Assembly: GCA_030248215.1 (NCBI GenBank)
Contig: JASANG010003752.1
Coordinates: forward strand, 744,001-808,000
Origin: Enoplolaimus lenunculus
Lineage: Eukaryota
Reading direction: 5' to 3'
Length of the DNA stretch: 64,000 nt
Shown here: positions 62,823 through 64,000 of the stretch, in pieces
How the letters are laid out: every line of letters starts with the position of its first letter
Position numbering within the stretch: the stretch's first letter is position 1
The notes under the pieces: generated by a model
Database searches by the model: none
What the model saw: the letters and a program-made list of their open reading frames with translations, nothing else
Told to the model about the DNA's origin: nothing
Program-made: the position numbers and the translations under genes

Positions 62823-64000
62823 GTTAGTTTTGTGTTTTAGGTTTTAAAATTACAAATTACAGTCGTAGCTTTTTTGTCATCCGATCGTAGCCCGGATATT
62901 TCAGGATCAACCCGGTTTACGATTTGTGTAAAGTGGTTTTTAGATACTTTTTTTAGTATGTAACACAAAAAAACAACCACTTCGAAAATTCTATAGGACG
63001 TAACCGCCTTGGCAAAATCCATGCTACATCCCGCGCTTTCAGTCAAGTGCCCGCAACCAGGAAACTTCGAATTATCATTATTACTTTTTTCTTGTATACG
63101 GGGCGTAGCCACGATTTCGAAAAGCTGGTTTATATTTTATAAAAATTTCGAATGGGGGTGGTTCTTGTGTCACGACTGACAAGTTCCTCAAAAACCTGTA
63201 GATAAACATCATGACCAATGTTACTTTTAGGGGCGTAACAGTAGATTAAGCGTATTCCTAAGCCTAAGCGTTGCAAAAGTGTTCCTAAGACTAAGCCTAA
63301 CCAAAAAGTGTAATTTAGAATCTAAACCTACTCTTTTACAGGTATCCATGTCAAATCAAAATATTGAAATCTGAAAAGATAATCCGAGATCGTTTCGTAA
63401 TGCAATGAAACAACTACATGGTCAATACAATACCCGCCCGCACATCCTTAAAATAATATTAATAGTCTACTCGGGCACGTAGCCAAAGGGGGGCCAGCCC
63501 CTGCAAAAATTTTGCCCCCCGCTAGAAAGTTTTTAACCTCGCTTGTAACTCATTGAAAACCCTTGAATGGCCATACTGAAAATTTTTAGCACCCCTAGCA
63601 AGGTGAGCTGGCTACGATCCTGATATTTACTTAGTCTACCAGAAAATTACGAGTTATAATACAAAATAAAGAAAATCATGGCTTAACATCAAATCAACCT
63701 TTCTACGGCTAATATTTGCGCAGCTGAGCCACTAACGATACCTTAGCATGAATGGTGCAAACGGTTAGTAAAAAATAATGGTATCAGACAAAAAACATAT
63801 ATTTAAGTATGTTTTCATCTAAAGAAACTTCTAAAGACCGTGGAAGAACTTGGTGTCGAGCAAATCTAGCATATTTGTACAGAAAAACAAAATTTCCCGT
63901 ATTTCTATAACGGAAACAAAAACGACACTGATTTTTACCGGAAACTTAAACAAATATCCGCTTACACTCTGGTCTATTGTCATAACAATATGTAGCGAAT

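Overview
AT-rich eukaryotic genomic DNA, most likely a nematode (inferred from abundant TTAGGC repeats and TTTTCAG-type acceptors; the species cannot be determined). Seven spliced or single-exon protein-coding genes can be built by hand with GT-AG sites and consistent phases. Minus strand: the 5' part of a cytochrome P450 (runs off the left edge) and a complete 8-exon GH35 beta-galactosidase. Plus strand: NAE1/ULA1, a small Ly6/uPAR three-finger protein missed by the ORF track, AP-3 mu adaptin, mitochondrial ribosomal protein S35, and a Shaker/Kv1 channel whose whole core lies in one exon of about 2.8 kb. Introns and intergenic DNA are packed with non-autonomous DNA transposons; no transposase ORF was seen. 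The most unusual observations are: (1) Merlin-like elements with 8-bp TSDs carrying telomere-like TTAGGC repeats or a 1.35-kb G-quadruplex-prone 9-bp satellite; (2) a piggyBac-like MITE family and a long inverted-repeat element that both carry tRNA-derived Pol III promoters; (3) a 50-bp tandem array that multiplies a splice acceptor of the galactosidase six times. All calls are by eye, without database searches.
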